A stretch of 47,707 nucleotides of DNA from Gonapodya sp. JEL0774. Taxonomy: Eukaryota. The position numbers and the translations under genes were made by a program. The notes beneath the pieces are model-generated. The model did no database searches, was not told the DNA's origin, and was given only the letters and a program-made list of their open reading frames with translations. The stretch is from NCBI GenBank assembly GCA_027604505.1, contig JADIIX010000152.1:1-47707 (forward strand), given 5' to 3'. Shown piece after piece: positions 13,298-25,960 of this stretch (within the stretch, counting starts at the first letter, position 1; each line of letters begins with the position of its first letter).

Positions 13298-13946
13298 CTA
13301 TCTGGACTTTTTAGCGTAGGCTTCTGCACGACAGGTTGGGGTGGTTTGAGACATCAGAACATGTGGTCCTTGCTTTCTTTCACATTGTAAGTGAGAACCC
13401 ACCAACATGTCGCGTGTAGTCCTCCAGGTCCTTTGCGACCTCTTCTAGGAAAGTGATTTCGGCGTCGAGGGCGGCGACGCGATCGAGGAGAGCGGGGAGG
13501 CGGGCGTCTGATTGAACAGATGGCCGTGTGAGTGTCGGATGACGCCATAGGCGCCCACAAAAACGAATCATCCAAAGTACCACGGGCGGCGCATGTGATC
13601 GCATGTACATTATATATAGGAGGGAAGATGGGTCCGGAGGAAATCACTCCAAAGGACACTCACATGATTGCTGCAACTGAGCAGTCTGCGCGATAAGTCC
13701 CTGGGCCTTTTCGGAAAACGCCACGCACTTGTCCTTGACTGAAATATTCATTGCCTCGAGCGTTCTGTAATCCTGGGTTGTTGAAGCCAATTCGGCATTG
13801 ATGTAACGAGATAAGGAAGCCGTAGCGGAGTCGAACGACGCGAGAGCGGCAGCACCGTCGATCCGGGAAGCGTGCAAAAGTCGTGTAGAAGCATCGGAAG
13901 ATGGATTGGCAGGCGAGGTAGCCGTTGGTGTGGTTGGTGTCGACAT
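13298..13946 (-). CDS. BLOC1S2: BLOC-1 complex subunit 2-like coiled-coil protein, 3 exons
   Basis: Spliced: ...SLSRYINAELASTTQDYRTLEAMNISVKDKC...LQQS|YARLPALLDRVAALDAEITFLEEVAKDLEDYTRHV|EAYAKKSR*. Matches the BLOC1S2 pattern (Y-x-x-x-E-L...DY-x-x-LE-x-MN...LE-x-x-A-x-x-L-D/E-x-Y). Confidence 0.75.
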
Positions 13947-14321
13947 GATGATATTCGTCAGAACGTTTGGCAGTTTGCAACCACTTCGCACAAATTGAAA
14001 TCTGTCCTGCCCACTTTGCATGTACAGCGCATTCTATAAATATTGGAGAAGAGCAAACTACATTACTCCTGAAGGCGTCGCGTTCCGCCATCCGGGCGTT
14101 CTTTGGGCAATTTGAAGGCATTATTAGTAATCAGTTGTGGTTGCAGTTGGAAGTAAGTTACATGCACAGCGCACTCATTATTATATCAAAGCAACTACTG
14201 CAGAACGAGTACATGAAATTAATTAATTGCCGGTTTGGACGCTGTGGCCCCTCCACCACAATCATTGTGTTTACCGTGATCCCGTTTGTCCCGAACGTTC
14301 TTTGCTTGTTCCACTCCGGCC

Positions 14322-16647
14322 ATGTCACCGCCCACAGACGCGCCCGCCCGCAAGGCTGAATATGGAATCGTGTTCCCTGTTCAGCCTGGAACTCCAACTC
14401 CCAAAAATGGCGCTCCACGATCGTCCACTTGGGCAAACCAAGAGGTTTTAGCCAAGGCAGTCGAGAATCACGATGCACCACTAGCCGCACAGATTAGAAA
14501 GGAAAAGAACTGGAGGAAGAATTACAAGGGATACTATGTCCGAATGGTAGACCTTTCACTCAAGAGTCCAGAAACGGTACGGACTTGACATTGTCTTGGT
14601 TTGTTTGACATTTACTCGGTTTTGAGTCAGGAGAGACGAACGATCGCAAAAGAATATGTACATATATGGTCACTCAGTGGACAATGTTGCTCATTCCCAG
14701 TGTGACTGGACATGAATTCGGATGTGTGATGTCGGCCTGTGTCGGGCACCTCGACGCCGCACATGCGAAAGTCAAGGCGGGATTTCTCGAGTATTCAAAG
14801 GTCGTCGATTTGTTTTATTCTCAACTAAAATTATAACATCTTTTCCATCTCTTTTCGAATGCTCCCAATGTTGTCTCTCCCCAGGCACTCTCTATCGCCC
14901 GTTCCGCCCTCACCTTCTGCCACTCCTCATTCCAATACCTTCGCCCTAACCAATCGCCCGTCTCAATCCAAGAAGCTTTCTCTCAACCTTGCTCCCACTC
15001 GTTTGAGACTCGGACTATTACTGGAAAGGGCACCAGGGAGGAACAGTACACGATTCCGTATGGAGGGAGAAATTTGAAGGGTGAGGAGTTGTTGAAGGCA
15101 TTGGATGCGTGGGTCGAGAAGGGAACAATCGAGGTGAGCAGTCCCCAATAATGTCACTCAGCTCACTACACAAACAACCCCTCCATTCTTGACTCAACGC
15201 ACGAATTTTTCATGAAACCTGCAATAAGCCCGATGCTCGGACCGCCGTCGCCCGCGTTGTTGCAAACACCAACGGGTTCCTCGATCTCTCCAAAAGCTCC
15301 TTTACTTTCGTCCTCTTTGGTGCGGGCGCGGCTATGGGTAGTCTTGCTGAGCTCTTGGCACTTGGTGCCAGAGTTGTGGCGGTGGATGTGGATGTGGAGA
15401 GAGTGTGGAAGAAGATTGCCGGATTGGTGGAGGTGAGTTTTCAACAGTTCCGAGTTTTGTTGAGTGGTGGAAAGGTTCCCCTCATCCGATGCTCGCAAAT
15501 CTGACCCCTTGTCCAGTCCAGTGCTGGCACCGTTATATTCCCTGTCCGCCGCACTTCCGCCCCCTCCTGGAAAGCGCATGGCTGGTCCGCAGGTTCTTTC
15601 GAAGGCGCCGGTTGCAACCTCATCACCGAAGGTCCTGAAATCAAGGAATGGCTCCTTTCCGTCCTCCCCCGTGACTCAAGTCCGGTGCTCTGCAACTACG
15701 CGTACCTCGACGGGCCGGCGCACGTGCGAGTCTCGCTGGCCATGGACGCCATATGTACTGCGGTGGCGCTCGCTCGACCAAACACCACATTGGCGTACCT
15801 GTGCACTCCCACTGACTGCCATGTGATACCACGTGATGCTATGCGCCAGGCGCAAAGGAATTGGGATGAGCTGTGGATGTCGTGGGCGGTTGGCCAGGCG
15901 GGCAAGGTGTTTGGGAAAATTCAGGTGAATGTGAGGGATTTGGTAAAAAGTGATGCCGGAGATGAATTTGCGGTGGTGGATTCGATCATGACGAGACAAG
16001 GTAAGGTGGCCCGTTTCAATCGTGCTGGCAAGCCGCGAGCTATCCTGACCTGAGTTTCGCCCTTTAAGGTCCCAATTACGCCTTTGCCAAACGCATCCAA
16101 CACTGGCGAGCCATAGTTGCTCGCCACGATTGGGGTATTCGCGTGTCCTCCAACGTCGCGCCCATGACGCGTGAGTCACTTCATCAATGTTGTGGGAACG
16201 ATTCGAAGATGGTCTCGACTGATGATGCTCCTTTTAATATTTGACCAAAAAAGGAACATTCAGTGTGACACATAACTTGTTGTTTCGATTTGCATACGGT
16301 GGTGCACACCACTTCGTGCCGGTCGGTGAGTATCACATTCTCCACCAAATGCTCATGTGCAGCTCTAACCAGTACCCGTTCTCTCACGCGCATAAGAAAT
16401 TTTCGAGCCATCCACCTCCACATCTCTCATGTGTGCACTCCTGCTCAACGACCTCCTCCCAGGCTCCGCAGCTCAGCCGTGGTTTCCTTTGCGCAACCCA
16501 CTCGAGCTCATGACACAGACAGCGGCGCACGGTGGCGTGTGGAGAGCATCGGTGGCCGTTGATAGTGTCGGTGAATACGCTGCGGTCATGTATCTATCTG
16601 ACCCGAGGAATTGGGTTGGGGAGCTGAAGCGGGCAGCCAAGCTTTGA
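14322..16647 (+). CDS. Conserved uncharacterised protein with Rossmann-like GAGAAMG and YxxxK motifs (atypical SDR-like oxidoreductase)
   Basis: Seven exons splice in frame: KNWRKNY, PYGGRNLKGEELLKALDAWVEKGTIE|P, FVLFGAGAAMGSLAELLALGARVVAVDVD, GCNLITEGPEIKEWL, YAYLDG, AYLCTPTD, Q|GPNYAFAKRIQHWRA, SNVAPMTRTFSV, AAHGGVWR. Confidence 0.8.
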
Positions 16648-16813
16648 GTGAACTTCTCTATGTATACTCCACAGGGCAAGAAAAATTTAATACAATATAG
16701 CCCACTAATTTCATTGGTACAACAGACATTTTCGGGCAAAGATAAGTAAGGTTAGCTAAGGAATCAAAACAACGTCCACACTCGGTACCCAGAAGTCCTT
16801 TTCCGTCGATCAC

Positions 16814-18622
16814 CTACAGCACTGACATCTTACCGGGCTCCCCATTGCTCTCCAGGAGCGGAGCACGGCTAGGCGGAACGTGAATCTTGGCCCGCGTCTT
16901 CTCGTAGATTTTCCTACCAACTTTGACGTTGAGTCCCCACACATAGCCCACAATGACAATTAAAAGGCACCCAACGAGCCAGCCCGTTACCGCAAGTGCA
17001 TCACGGAGAAGAAGGTGTGACTGGGAGCCGAAGTAGATCGCGCGGGCGCCGTGGACTGCGTAGTAACTGGGCAGGCCGTAACCGAGTCGGAAGAAGCGGT
17101 GCGAGACTGTGATAACGATAATGGAAGACGACGTGCACAGTGAAAGGTAGAGGAAAAATGTCGCCAGCTAATCAATGAGGAGATTGGAGAGTGAGCATGT
17201 CGACCTCGCGCTTTCACAACGGAACGACACAGGAGCTCACCGCCTGCCCCATCATCCGCCCCAACAACATATAGAACATGCTCACAAACGCGAGCTGTTG
17301 CATTCCAACGAGCATCCACCATGCCCATGCTGACAGGAGTGACCCCTGCGAATCCGGCAAGCACCACGGAACGATCGCCACCACGGTGACCTGGCAGATC
17401 ATGTAGATGAAAGCAGAGACCAGGCGGCCAACGCCTTGGCGAATTGGGTGGTGTGGATCGTGGATACGACTCGTCATCGTGATCGTTAAAATTGCGGCCA
17501 CGTACTGGATGCACAACAAAAACGTAAGGTTCCTTCAATACCACTGCGTCGAAACTCCCAAGAAAAGGTTGATCTCACCAGCACGACAAAGGCAATAAAC
17601 GAATGGAGGTTCTGGGCGGATTTGTTCACAGGGTGCAAATCATTGTTGATCAAGTTCACGGGCCCTTGAATCCAGAAGGACGAGGCAGCCGGCGTTTTTC
17701 CAGTCAATTGAGTTGCTTGAGACGCAAGTGAGACACCAACTGACGCCCGGTAGGATCGGAAGAAAGTGACAAATGCTTGGTAAAAGCTTGTTTCGGAGGT
17801 GTAGTGTTTGGCTGTATGTGTGTCGTGTCAAGGTTTTGAGCAGCGCAATCACGAGCTCAGATCAAGTTTCAGCGAATCACACACCCGAATCATGCATGAG
17901 CTCGATTGATGCCGGTTGAGATCCGTTCACCCCCAATAAGCCCGCCACGAGAGATCTGGCATAGGTTTCGTCGATCCAAATCACACTCCAGACGCGTTCC
18001 CCTTCATCAGCTGTCTTTAATGCTACGTCCCGGGTAGTGATGTCAGTAAGATATTCCAGACCAAAGCGTCCTGCCAGAAAGCCCGCAAGAGGTTGCAGGA
18101 AGGTGGAATTTATGAGGGCGGCTGGTGGAGGCAACGCTGCTTGAACAGCCGCGGGGAAAATGGAGTAGTCAAGCTGCGGATTCGAAAACAATCTCAGCAT
18201 AAGCAACGACCTGGAATTGAATGTCCGAAGAAACTTCTCCCGTTACCTGAGGAGCAATAGCAACGCCGTACGTAATTTGGGTGGTGTCGATGTTCCAAGC
18301 CGAGCCGACATAGAGCCAAATGAAGGTGGCAGCAAGTCCAGTGACCAAAATGCCGTTGAAAACGACTTGAGCGAGGAATTTCCCCCAATTGTGGTCTGCA
18401 GCGATTATCGGTGGTGGACCAACTTCCAACTTGATGGGGTGATTCAGTAAACCGGCAAATGAAATCAACGGATTCAACACCTGTGAGTTCGGAGTGATTG
18501 AGGTCACTCACCATCTCTTCATCGGCGATTTCCAAATAAGCGCCTTCGGGCTCCCCTTCCCGCTGTTGCGCGCGCTGATGCGCGGCCCCTTCGAGTTTTT
18601 GCAGTCTGTGTATGTCCGTCAT
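16814..18622 (-). CDS. SNG1/DUF3533-like multi-pass membrane protein, tandem copy 1
   Basis: N-terminal TM ending FIWLYVGSAWN, large lumenal domain (ERVWSVIWI), then several TMs ending RFFRLGYGLPSYYAVHGARAIYFGS. Same intron positions as copy 2. Family call is from architecture and the FFRxGYxLP motif. Confidence 0.72.
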
Positions 18623-19573
18623 TTCGATGCCGGATGTTCAGGTGGGATAAAGGTTTGTTGTTGTTCTTGCTCGATTGAATAAAGCCTTGATGCGGTGGAA
18701 TCGTTTTGCTTCGGTTGAAGGGTTTATATAGAAAGAAGAGCGTGCTTTCCGATATTGGAACAGAAAAACGATGATCAGGTAGCGGGGCTGAGGACACAAA
18801 CATTGGATGTGGGTGGGGTGAACCTCCGATATGATGAACTCAGAAATTCGATTTGCACTCGGCTCCCGCAACCCCAACACCAGACAGGAACTGGGACCAT
18901 CTAATCCACATTTATTCATGTTCCACCACATTTATGGTGTTCTTTGGCTTGGAAAAATAGTTCAGCGCGCCACATGTGTACATATGCTGCCCACCCCTCA
19001 GTCCGGCATTTCGGCGGGGGCGGTGCAGCATCCACGGCCAAACATGCAACTCAAACTGTTCCAGGTCTGTTCTCGCACTCACCCCAGTCATCCATTTAAT
19101 ATTAGTTTTGCTGCGTTCCCGTTAGTATATGGACCACACAAGATACACTCAAGTAGTCCTGCCACCAGAAACGCTTCGAAGGGATTCCCCTGTTCAGTCG
19201 CACCGTCCAGTGTCTCACCCCACACCCCCCACACCGAAGCCCTTCTTCTTCACACGTGTTCTACATTTCATGAACATTAATCTTTTTGCCCACCCTCCTG
19301 CCTGTGAGTTCCCTCGGCGCTCCCTCAGGGGCGTCTCTAGAAGGCCGGGGAATTATGCTTCAAGAAAACTGCTCGTACCCGCTGCTCTATTTTCTACAAG
19401 TCTATGTAGAGTGGTGTTTTGTACATGGCTTCGTGGAATGGGACTCACAATACAATCTATGATACATAATTCAGTAGCGACTCCGTCTCTCACCTATATG
19501 AGCAGGTTCTAGCAGGAAAAATTGTGCACAAAAAGGCCAGTACAACAAGGTCCTTCGATGGAAAGACTCCGTC

Positions 19574-21456
19574 TTAAGCCTTCTCCAGGTCTGGTCCATC
19601 TTCCGCCAATCTCCCGTTACTTTCTCCTGACCCTCCTTTTACCGCGTCGTGTCCACGCTTTGGTGGAATTACAATCTTTGCTCTCGACTTCTCGTAGATT
19701 TTTTGGCCAATCCTGACATTGAGACCACGTGCATAACCCACTCCAACAACCAAAGCACACCCAACCAGCCACGCCATCACGACGAGTCCGTCGCGGTACA
19801 AAAGGTGTGTCTGCGATCCAAAGTAGATGGCACGTGCACCGTGCACGGCGTAGAAGCTGGGGAGACCGTAGCCGAGTCGGAAGAACCGGGGCGAGATGAT
19901 GAGGGCAACAATGGACGAGGAGGTGCAGAGCGATAGGTAAAGGAAGAACGTGGCGAACTTGAAGATCAGGAAAAAGAAACAGTGGTGAGTGAGTGCATCT
20001 CCTCGCGCCAAGATCGATCCAGCAAGCAAGCAACTCACGGCCTGCCCCATCATCCGGCCCAACAACATATAGAACATGCTCACAAATGCGAGTTGCTGCA
20101 TTCCGACAAGAAGCCACCACGCCCATGCGGCCGCCAAGGACCCCTGTGCGTCGGGGAGGCACCACGGCACGACCGCGACGACCGTGACTTGGCAGATCAT
20201 GTAGACGAAAGATGCAGCGAGACGGATCAGGCCTTGGCGGATTGGGTGGTATGGGTCGTGAATGCGGCTCGTCATGGTGATTGTGAGAATCGCGGCGACG
20301 TACTGGTGTCGGTCGGATACGAGTGGTGAAAATTTCTCGTCAATCCAGAGGGCGCAGGTATTTTTGAGCTCAGAGCTACACTCACGAGCACAACAAAGGT
20401 AATGAACGAATGAAGGCTCTGGGCGGATTTAGTCACGGGGTGCAAATCGTTGCTGACCAAGTTCACAGGCCCTTGAATCCAGTAGGTCGTGGCAGCCGGA
20501 AGTTTTCCAGTTAGTTGTGCGGCTTGAGATGCGAGTGAGACTCCGACCGAGGCACGGTAGGATCGGAAAAAGGCGAGGAAGGCTTGGTAAAAGCTTGTTT
20601 CGGATGTGTAGTGTTTGGCTACCGATTGAGGTGGGATTATGAGTACTGCCATCCCCGAGTCGACCAGATTTTACCGCGTACCACCAACCTGAATCATGCA
20701 TAAGCTCAATTAAAGCCGGTTGCGACCCGTTCACCCCTAACAAGCCCGCTGCAATGGATCTGGAATAGTTCTCGTCGATCCAAATGACGCTCCACACCCT
20801 GTCCCCTTCGTCCGCCGTTTGCACCGCGGCATCTCGTGAAGTGATGTCACCGAGGTATTCCAGGCCAAAGCGTCCTGCCATGAAGCCAGCGAGAGGTTGG
20901 AGGAACGTGGAGTTGATGAGGGCGGCTGGTGGAGGGAGCGCGGCTTGTGCGGACGCTGGGAAGACAGAGTAGTCGAGCTGCGGATACGAAGAGAGTTTCA
21001 GGTGTGAGCGATGGTTCCCGTACACAGAGAAAGTGCCAAAGAGAAATAACGCTTGTTTTCAATTATACCTGAGGAGCAATCGCCACCCCATATGTAACCT
21101 GGGTGGTATCTACATTCCATGCCGCGCCCACATACAGCCAAATGAAAGTAGCGGCGAGAAGTACCACAACGAACCCGTTGGCAAGGACTTTAATGAGGAA
21201 CTGCCGCCAGTGTGTGCGAAGTAACGTGATGGGCGCGTGAGCGACTTCCAACTGGTTCAGGCGATCGAGCAAACGCGATAGTAACGTCAGTGGATCGATA
21301 GTCATGAACGAAGCCAGTTTGTTTGAACCAGCATCTCACAATTTCATCATCTGCGACGTCCAAGAACACGCCTGCCCCACCATCCACCACTGCAACCGTA
21401 TTTGGTTCCGTTTCTGGGCTGGTCCCTTCCAGTGTTGTTTTCTGATTATCCGACAT
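19574..21456 (-). CDS. SNG1/DUF3533-like multi-pass membrane protein, tandem copy 2
   Basis: MSDNQKTT...FIWLYVGAAWNVDTTQVTYGVAIAPQ|...DRVWSVIWI...RFFRLGYGLPSFYAVHGARAIYFGS. Aligns colinearly with copy 1. Confidence 0.72.
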
Positions 21457-22342
21457 TTCAGTGACCCTGTTATGAAGCGAGATGGCAGCTTTTATGATGA
21501 ACAACGGGTGGTCGGTTGAAATCGGGTGATTTTCTGGGGACCGCCAAGACGCGAAGTGCCAGCCCTGACTCAATCAGCTGATTTCATAGTGTACATATGT
21601 AACGGTTTGTTCGTCCTTTCCAAAACCTTCTCCCATATTTAACAGCCCCCCGCAGGAGCAGTCATTGCCCTTTTCTCGTCTCTTATTATCTTGTCGTTCT
21701 AATACTTTGAACTAGAGCAACCTCCAATTGCCGCTCCAAATTCCCATCCGTATTTCATTCAACTTATCAAGCTTGAACATTATCGGAGCATACATAAAAG
21801 ATGTTTAATACGACAGTATGGCGACATGAGAGAGCTCAGCGAATTGCGGGGTCACGGGCGGAATCGGGAATTCTTCGGGCTTGACGGCTGAACCCGAATC
21901 AAATCGTATGCGGTACAAGACATGTGACCGACCATTGCAGCTCATTATTCTCATATATCACTCGCTAACAACGCTCAGTCTAGCCACCTGCAATCATTCA
22001 TATGTATATCGAAGCGTAGTACCTTTGGAGAATCCCATACCTTGGTCCAACATCCTTGGCGGTTCTTCATTTGATAGCAATGTTATTGGTACCCCTTCTG
22101 CTGCTCCTTCCCCCACTACGTATAGTGTCTCTTATGACCTTTCACGTGTAACTGTCTTGTCACAATGTGTATTCTTCCTTCTCCTTGGCTCATCAGTTGA
22201 TACACAGTTGATCCGAACTATGTGCGGTACATGTGTGTCCCCCGTGCCACAGTGAAATGCGAGGCCAACCATTTCGAAACCACCACGTAAGACAAGTAAC
22301 GATTCCTGAGAACTCACAGACGCTTTCGCGGAGTGACTTGAA

Positions 22343-24115
22343 ATGTCAGCTATTCGTCAAAAGCTCACTGTGCCCGACGGATCCAGCAAACCATATAAGA
22401 AGGGCCGGTCAGTGGAGCAGCGAGAGCGAAACAAGGAAGCTCAAAAGGTACGTAGTTTCTTTCTCAGCGATCTAGAAAGCTTGACGTATTCATGGTGACT
22501 TGAATATTCGAATGTGTGAAGCTATGGCGCCTTCGAAAACATCAGGAGCTGGTCGACTTGCAAACAGAAGTGGATGAACGAAGAGAACGCACCTCCAAAT
22601 TGGAAGTGGAGAATCAGACACTGAAATCACAACTAGTGCAACTCAGAGAACAAGTGATTTTGCTGCAGAATATCGTAGCTGCAAGTGGCTCAAAGCGGAG
22701 TGGAACGCTTGCGTCAGGGGCAACTGTCACAGGAGGAACCGAGACAGCTGCCGCCCCAGTCTCTTCCACACTCTCCCACCTTTCGTCACTTTCATCTGAA
22801 TCCTCATCGCTCGAGCAAGATCGAAGATCCTCCGTGGCAACCACCACCTTCTCGCCAGACGACATGGTCACACCCCTAGGGGCGGTCCAGTTGAACTCGG
22901 TCGATCCGGTCCTCACTATCCCCGCGCCTATGTCCCCTATCCGCCTATTTTCCAAACCCCCTTCCACCTCCGGACTGTCTCCGTCGGCCGAGACGTGGAT
23001 GGGCGGCTCGGACAACGGCGCTAACGGAGATTCAGACGTCGAAACCGTGTTGGACGCAACTCAATTGATGGACCCTCAGTTCCCACCTCCAGAGGAGAGG
23101 ATTTACGATCTCGAGCCGCTAATCAAAGATGTGAGCGACCTAAAGGGTCTTGAATGACGTCTTCCTTAATGCAATAACAGCAAACATTGACACCTTCACC
23201 AGATGGATGATGCAGACTTGGCGCAACGTGTCACAAATGTTATGGGGCAGAATTTTCATAATTTTAACCCTTACACCATGCGCAGTACCGGTACGCTGAC
23301 TACGCACAACATCCGTTCCTTCACTCTTTAACCCCCATTTATTCTCGAAGTCGACCCCGATTGGTTCCCTGAGTGGAACCAGTATGACCCCGATACTCTT
23401 CAGGCCATGGATATCTTACTCAACCAGATTGTCGAGCCGACGGCACTGGATGACACCCTGGGCAGCGTTCTGCAAACGGAGAACCCTCCAACGCAACACG
23501 AATCCTACCCAAGCACTGCACCCACCACAGACCAGCAAGGACCGTCCACCCGGACTGAAGAAATGCCTCCACCCGACGTGTACAGCGTGATGCTTGCGAC
23601 ACCTACGCAATCCTACTCCGACATGCCCCTACCTTTCATGAAAAAGTTCATGGAGTATACAAAGGAGCTGTCTCCAAAGACGGTGCCATGTCATCTCATT
23701 AGGGCCAAGCTGAGACAGACCAGAAGGTGCGGTTTCCTCTTTGCGACTAGGTCATGTTCATTTTGAATCTCGTTGACATGAGAGCACCCATCTTTTGCAG
23801 GTACATGGAAATGTACACAAACTTGCTCTCTGGAGTGCCGGCAGGAAGCCCTATCTTTCAGAACCCGAAGTTGATTGAAGTGATGGGAGTATTCGAGACT
23901 TTATCTGTCGAGTGAGTTATTGCCTCACGATTCCTCCAACATCGTATCCTTAACCGCACATGATCATTCGTAACAGAGAGAAACAGGCAGTTTGTGATGT
24001 GATTCGAACATCTTTGCCGTCGGAGTTGCTTGATTCAGGCCCCGGTGCGGAGTTCTTGGAGACCCTCACGAAGAGCGTAATCGATGCCATGAAGGCACAA
24101 GGATATCAATGTTGA
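22343..24115 (+). CDS. bZIP transcription factor (AP-1/YAP-like basic region)
   Basis: Exon 1 (22343-22447) spliced to 22522 gives RSVEQRERNKEAQK|LWRLRKHQELVDLQTEVDERRERTSKLEVENQTLKSQLVQL, a basic region N-x2-AQ-x2-W-R plus leucine heptads. Later exons splice in frame to ...AQGYQC* (TGA 24113-24115). Confidence 0.82.
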
Positions 24116-24251
24116 TGAAATTTCTTTTGTGTTCTCGTAGATTCTGTTAGATGAATGTAATATTTTGGGGGTTGGGCCCTTGTTTGACATGTGATTGGTT
24201 TGTCCGGACAATATTTCATTGTTGTGAACCCACCCAACCCCAAAACGCTGA

Positions 24252-25960
24252 ATGTCCACTTTACACTCGAGAATGGACCTGGACACGGAGATCCCCGTCT
24301 CGCACTCGACAACACTGTCGCCATCCGAGGTCCAGCCTGGCCAGAATCGTCCTGTAAAGAGCTCTAAAAAATCAAAGGGAGCACGAGCAGGAAAGAACAC
24401 ACATCCGAGCAATCACCGAGCCGCGATGGAAGGGGAAGACGACGAGCACATCGTGAAGAATGATGTGGACATGACGCATGAACAGGTCGAAGATGGAGAC
24501 GAGTTTCCTGTGACGAACCACTCGGCGGTTTCTCCGACAGATGTAGATGTCATTCGACCTGAACCCCGCCGACCATCACTATCCAAACAACGGCGTGTTT
24601 CAACCTCGCACACTAATGGAAATGCTGCTGCGGCTTCCGCTGTCTCGGTGGGGACGTTGGCCAGCTCCGTTCAGTCTGGCACTGTTCCTTCCGCCGCTGT
24701 TGCCTCAAGCTCCGACGTTCCCGTCACGGAAGAAATGCCCTTGCCTATTTTACCACCAGGATCTCGACCACCGCCAACAGACCGGCCGGTCCGGGTGTAT
24801 TGTGACGGGATATGGGACATGTTCCATTTCGGGTGAGTTTCCGCCTCACGATGGGGGTTGAACTTTCGTCGTTTCACCTTTTCCGACTTGCAGCCATGCA
24901 CGTCTTTTGGAGCAGGCGAAGAAGACCTTCCCAAATACCACCCTCGTGGTGGGTGTCAACACCGACGAAGACACGCACCGCTTCAAAGGCAGGACAGTCA
25001 TGACAGAACGCGAGAGGATTGAAAGTGTAAAGCACTGTAAATGGGTGGACGAGGTCGTCGAGAATCCGCCCTGGATTATTACGGAAGAGTTCTTGGATCA
25101 GTATCAACTGGATTATGTGGCGCATGGTGAGTTCTGACATTTCAAAAACAGCAATCTGTGTGTCATTCTCAACCACCACCTCGCAGATGACATCCCTTAC
25201 ACGTCCGCGGGCTCTAGCGATGTCTACGGCCTTATGAAATCCCTCGGTCGGTTCGTTCCCACCAGACGAACAGGAGGTATTTCTACTTCGGACCTGATCA
25301 CCCGGATCGTTCGAGACTACGACATGTACATTCGACGCAACTTAGAGCGGGGTGTGTCCCCAAGGGAGCTCCGCATCAGCTTTTTGCGGGAGCAGCAATG
25401 GTACATGCGGAAAAGTTGGGCGATGTTCAAGCGGACAGTTGGAGGTTTGGAGCGAGTTCTTCCTCCTTGGATGAGAGTGTGGGAGGAGCGGGCGGAAGAC
25501 ATGCTCAAGGGCTTTGTTGGGATGTGAGTGATCATGTCAAACAATTGCCGCGATTGCACCATCGCCTACTAGAGAGCGATACGCAACTCCCAGGTACGAA
25601 CGCGTCTTCCGGAGGCCAGTCTCCCGTCTTGGGTCCAAAAGCACCTCCAAAAGTACGTCGGGTGCCAGTACACCTAGCAGGAGCCCCACGTCCCCCACCA
25701 CCAAGAACCTGTTCACTTGGTGGACGGGGCGAATGACTCCAGTAAACGGGTGGTTTCCTGGATCCCGCAAGCGACGTGCAGCGTCAAACGGGGAAAACGG
25801 TGACGATGCGGATGGGGAGGACGATTCGTCCGATGGGGAACAGTGGGGTGGCGCAATGAGTGACGGAGATATTGGTGAACAAAAGGAAGTGGTAGATCGG
25901 GGTTCTCGAAGTGACGATGACGATATGAGGAGGGCTGCGAAGAGGTCCAGGTTTGCGTAG
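24252..25960 (+). CDS. PCT1: Choline-phosphate cytidylyltransferase (CCT)
   Basis: [27 protein letters not shown] (HxGH), [48 protein letters not shown], amphipathic M-domain and S/T/P-rich tail. Start could alternatively be at 24273. Confidence 0.95.

Noticed and set aside
2923..14130. TTAGTAA (YAP response element) matches at 2923-2929 and 14124-14130
   Set aside because: A few matches to a 7-mer are expected by chance in 48 kb, and there is no supporting evidence.
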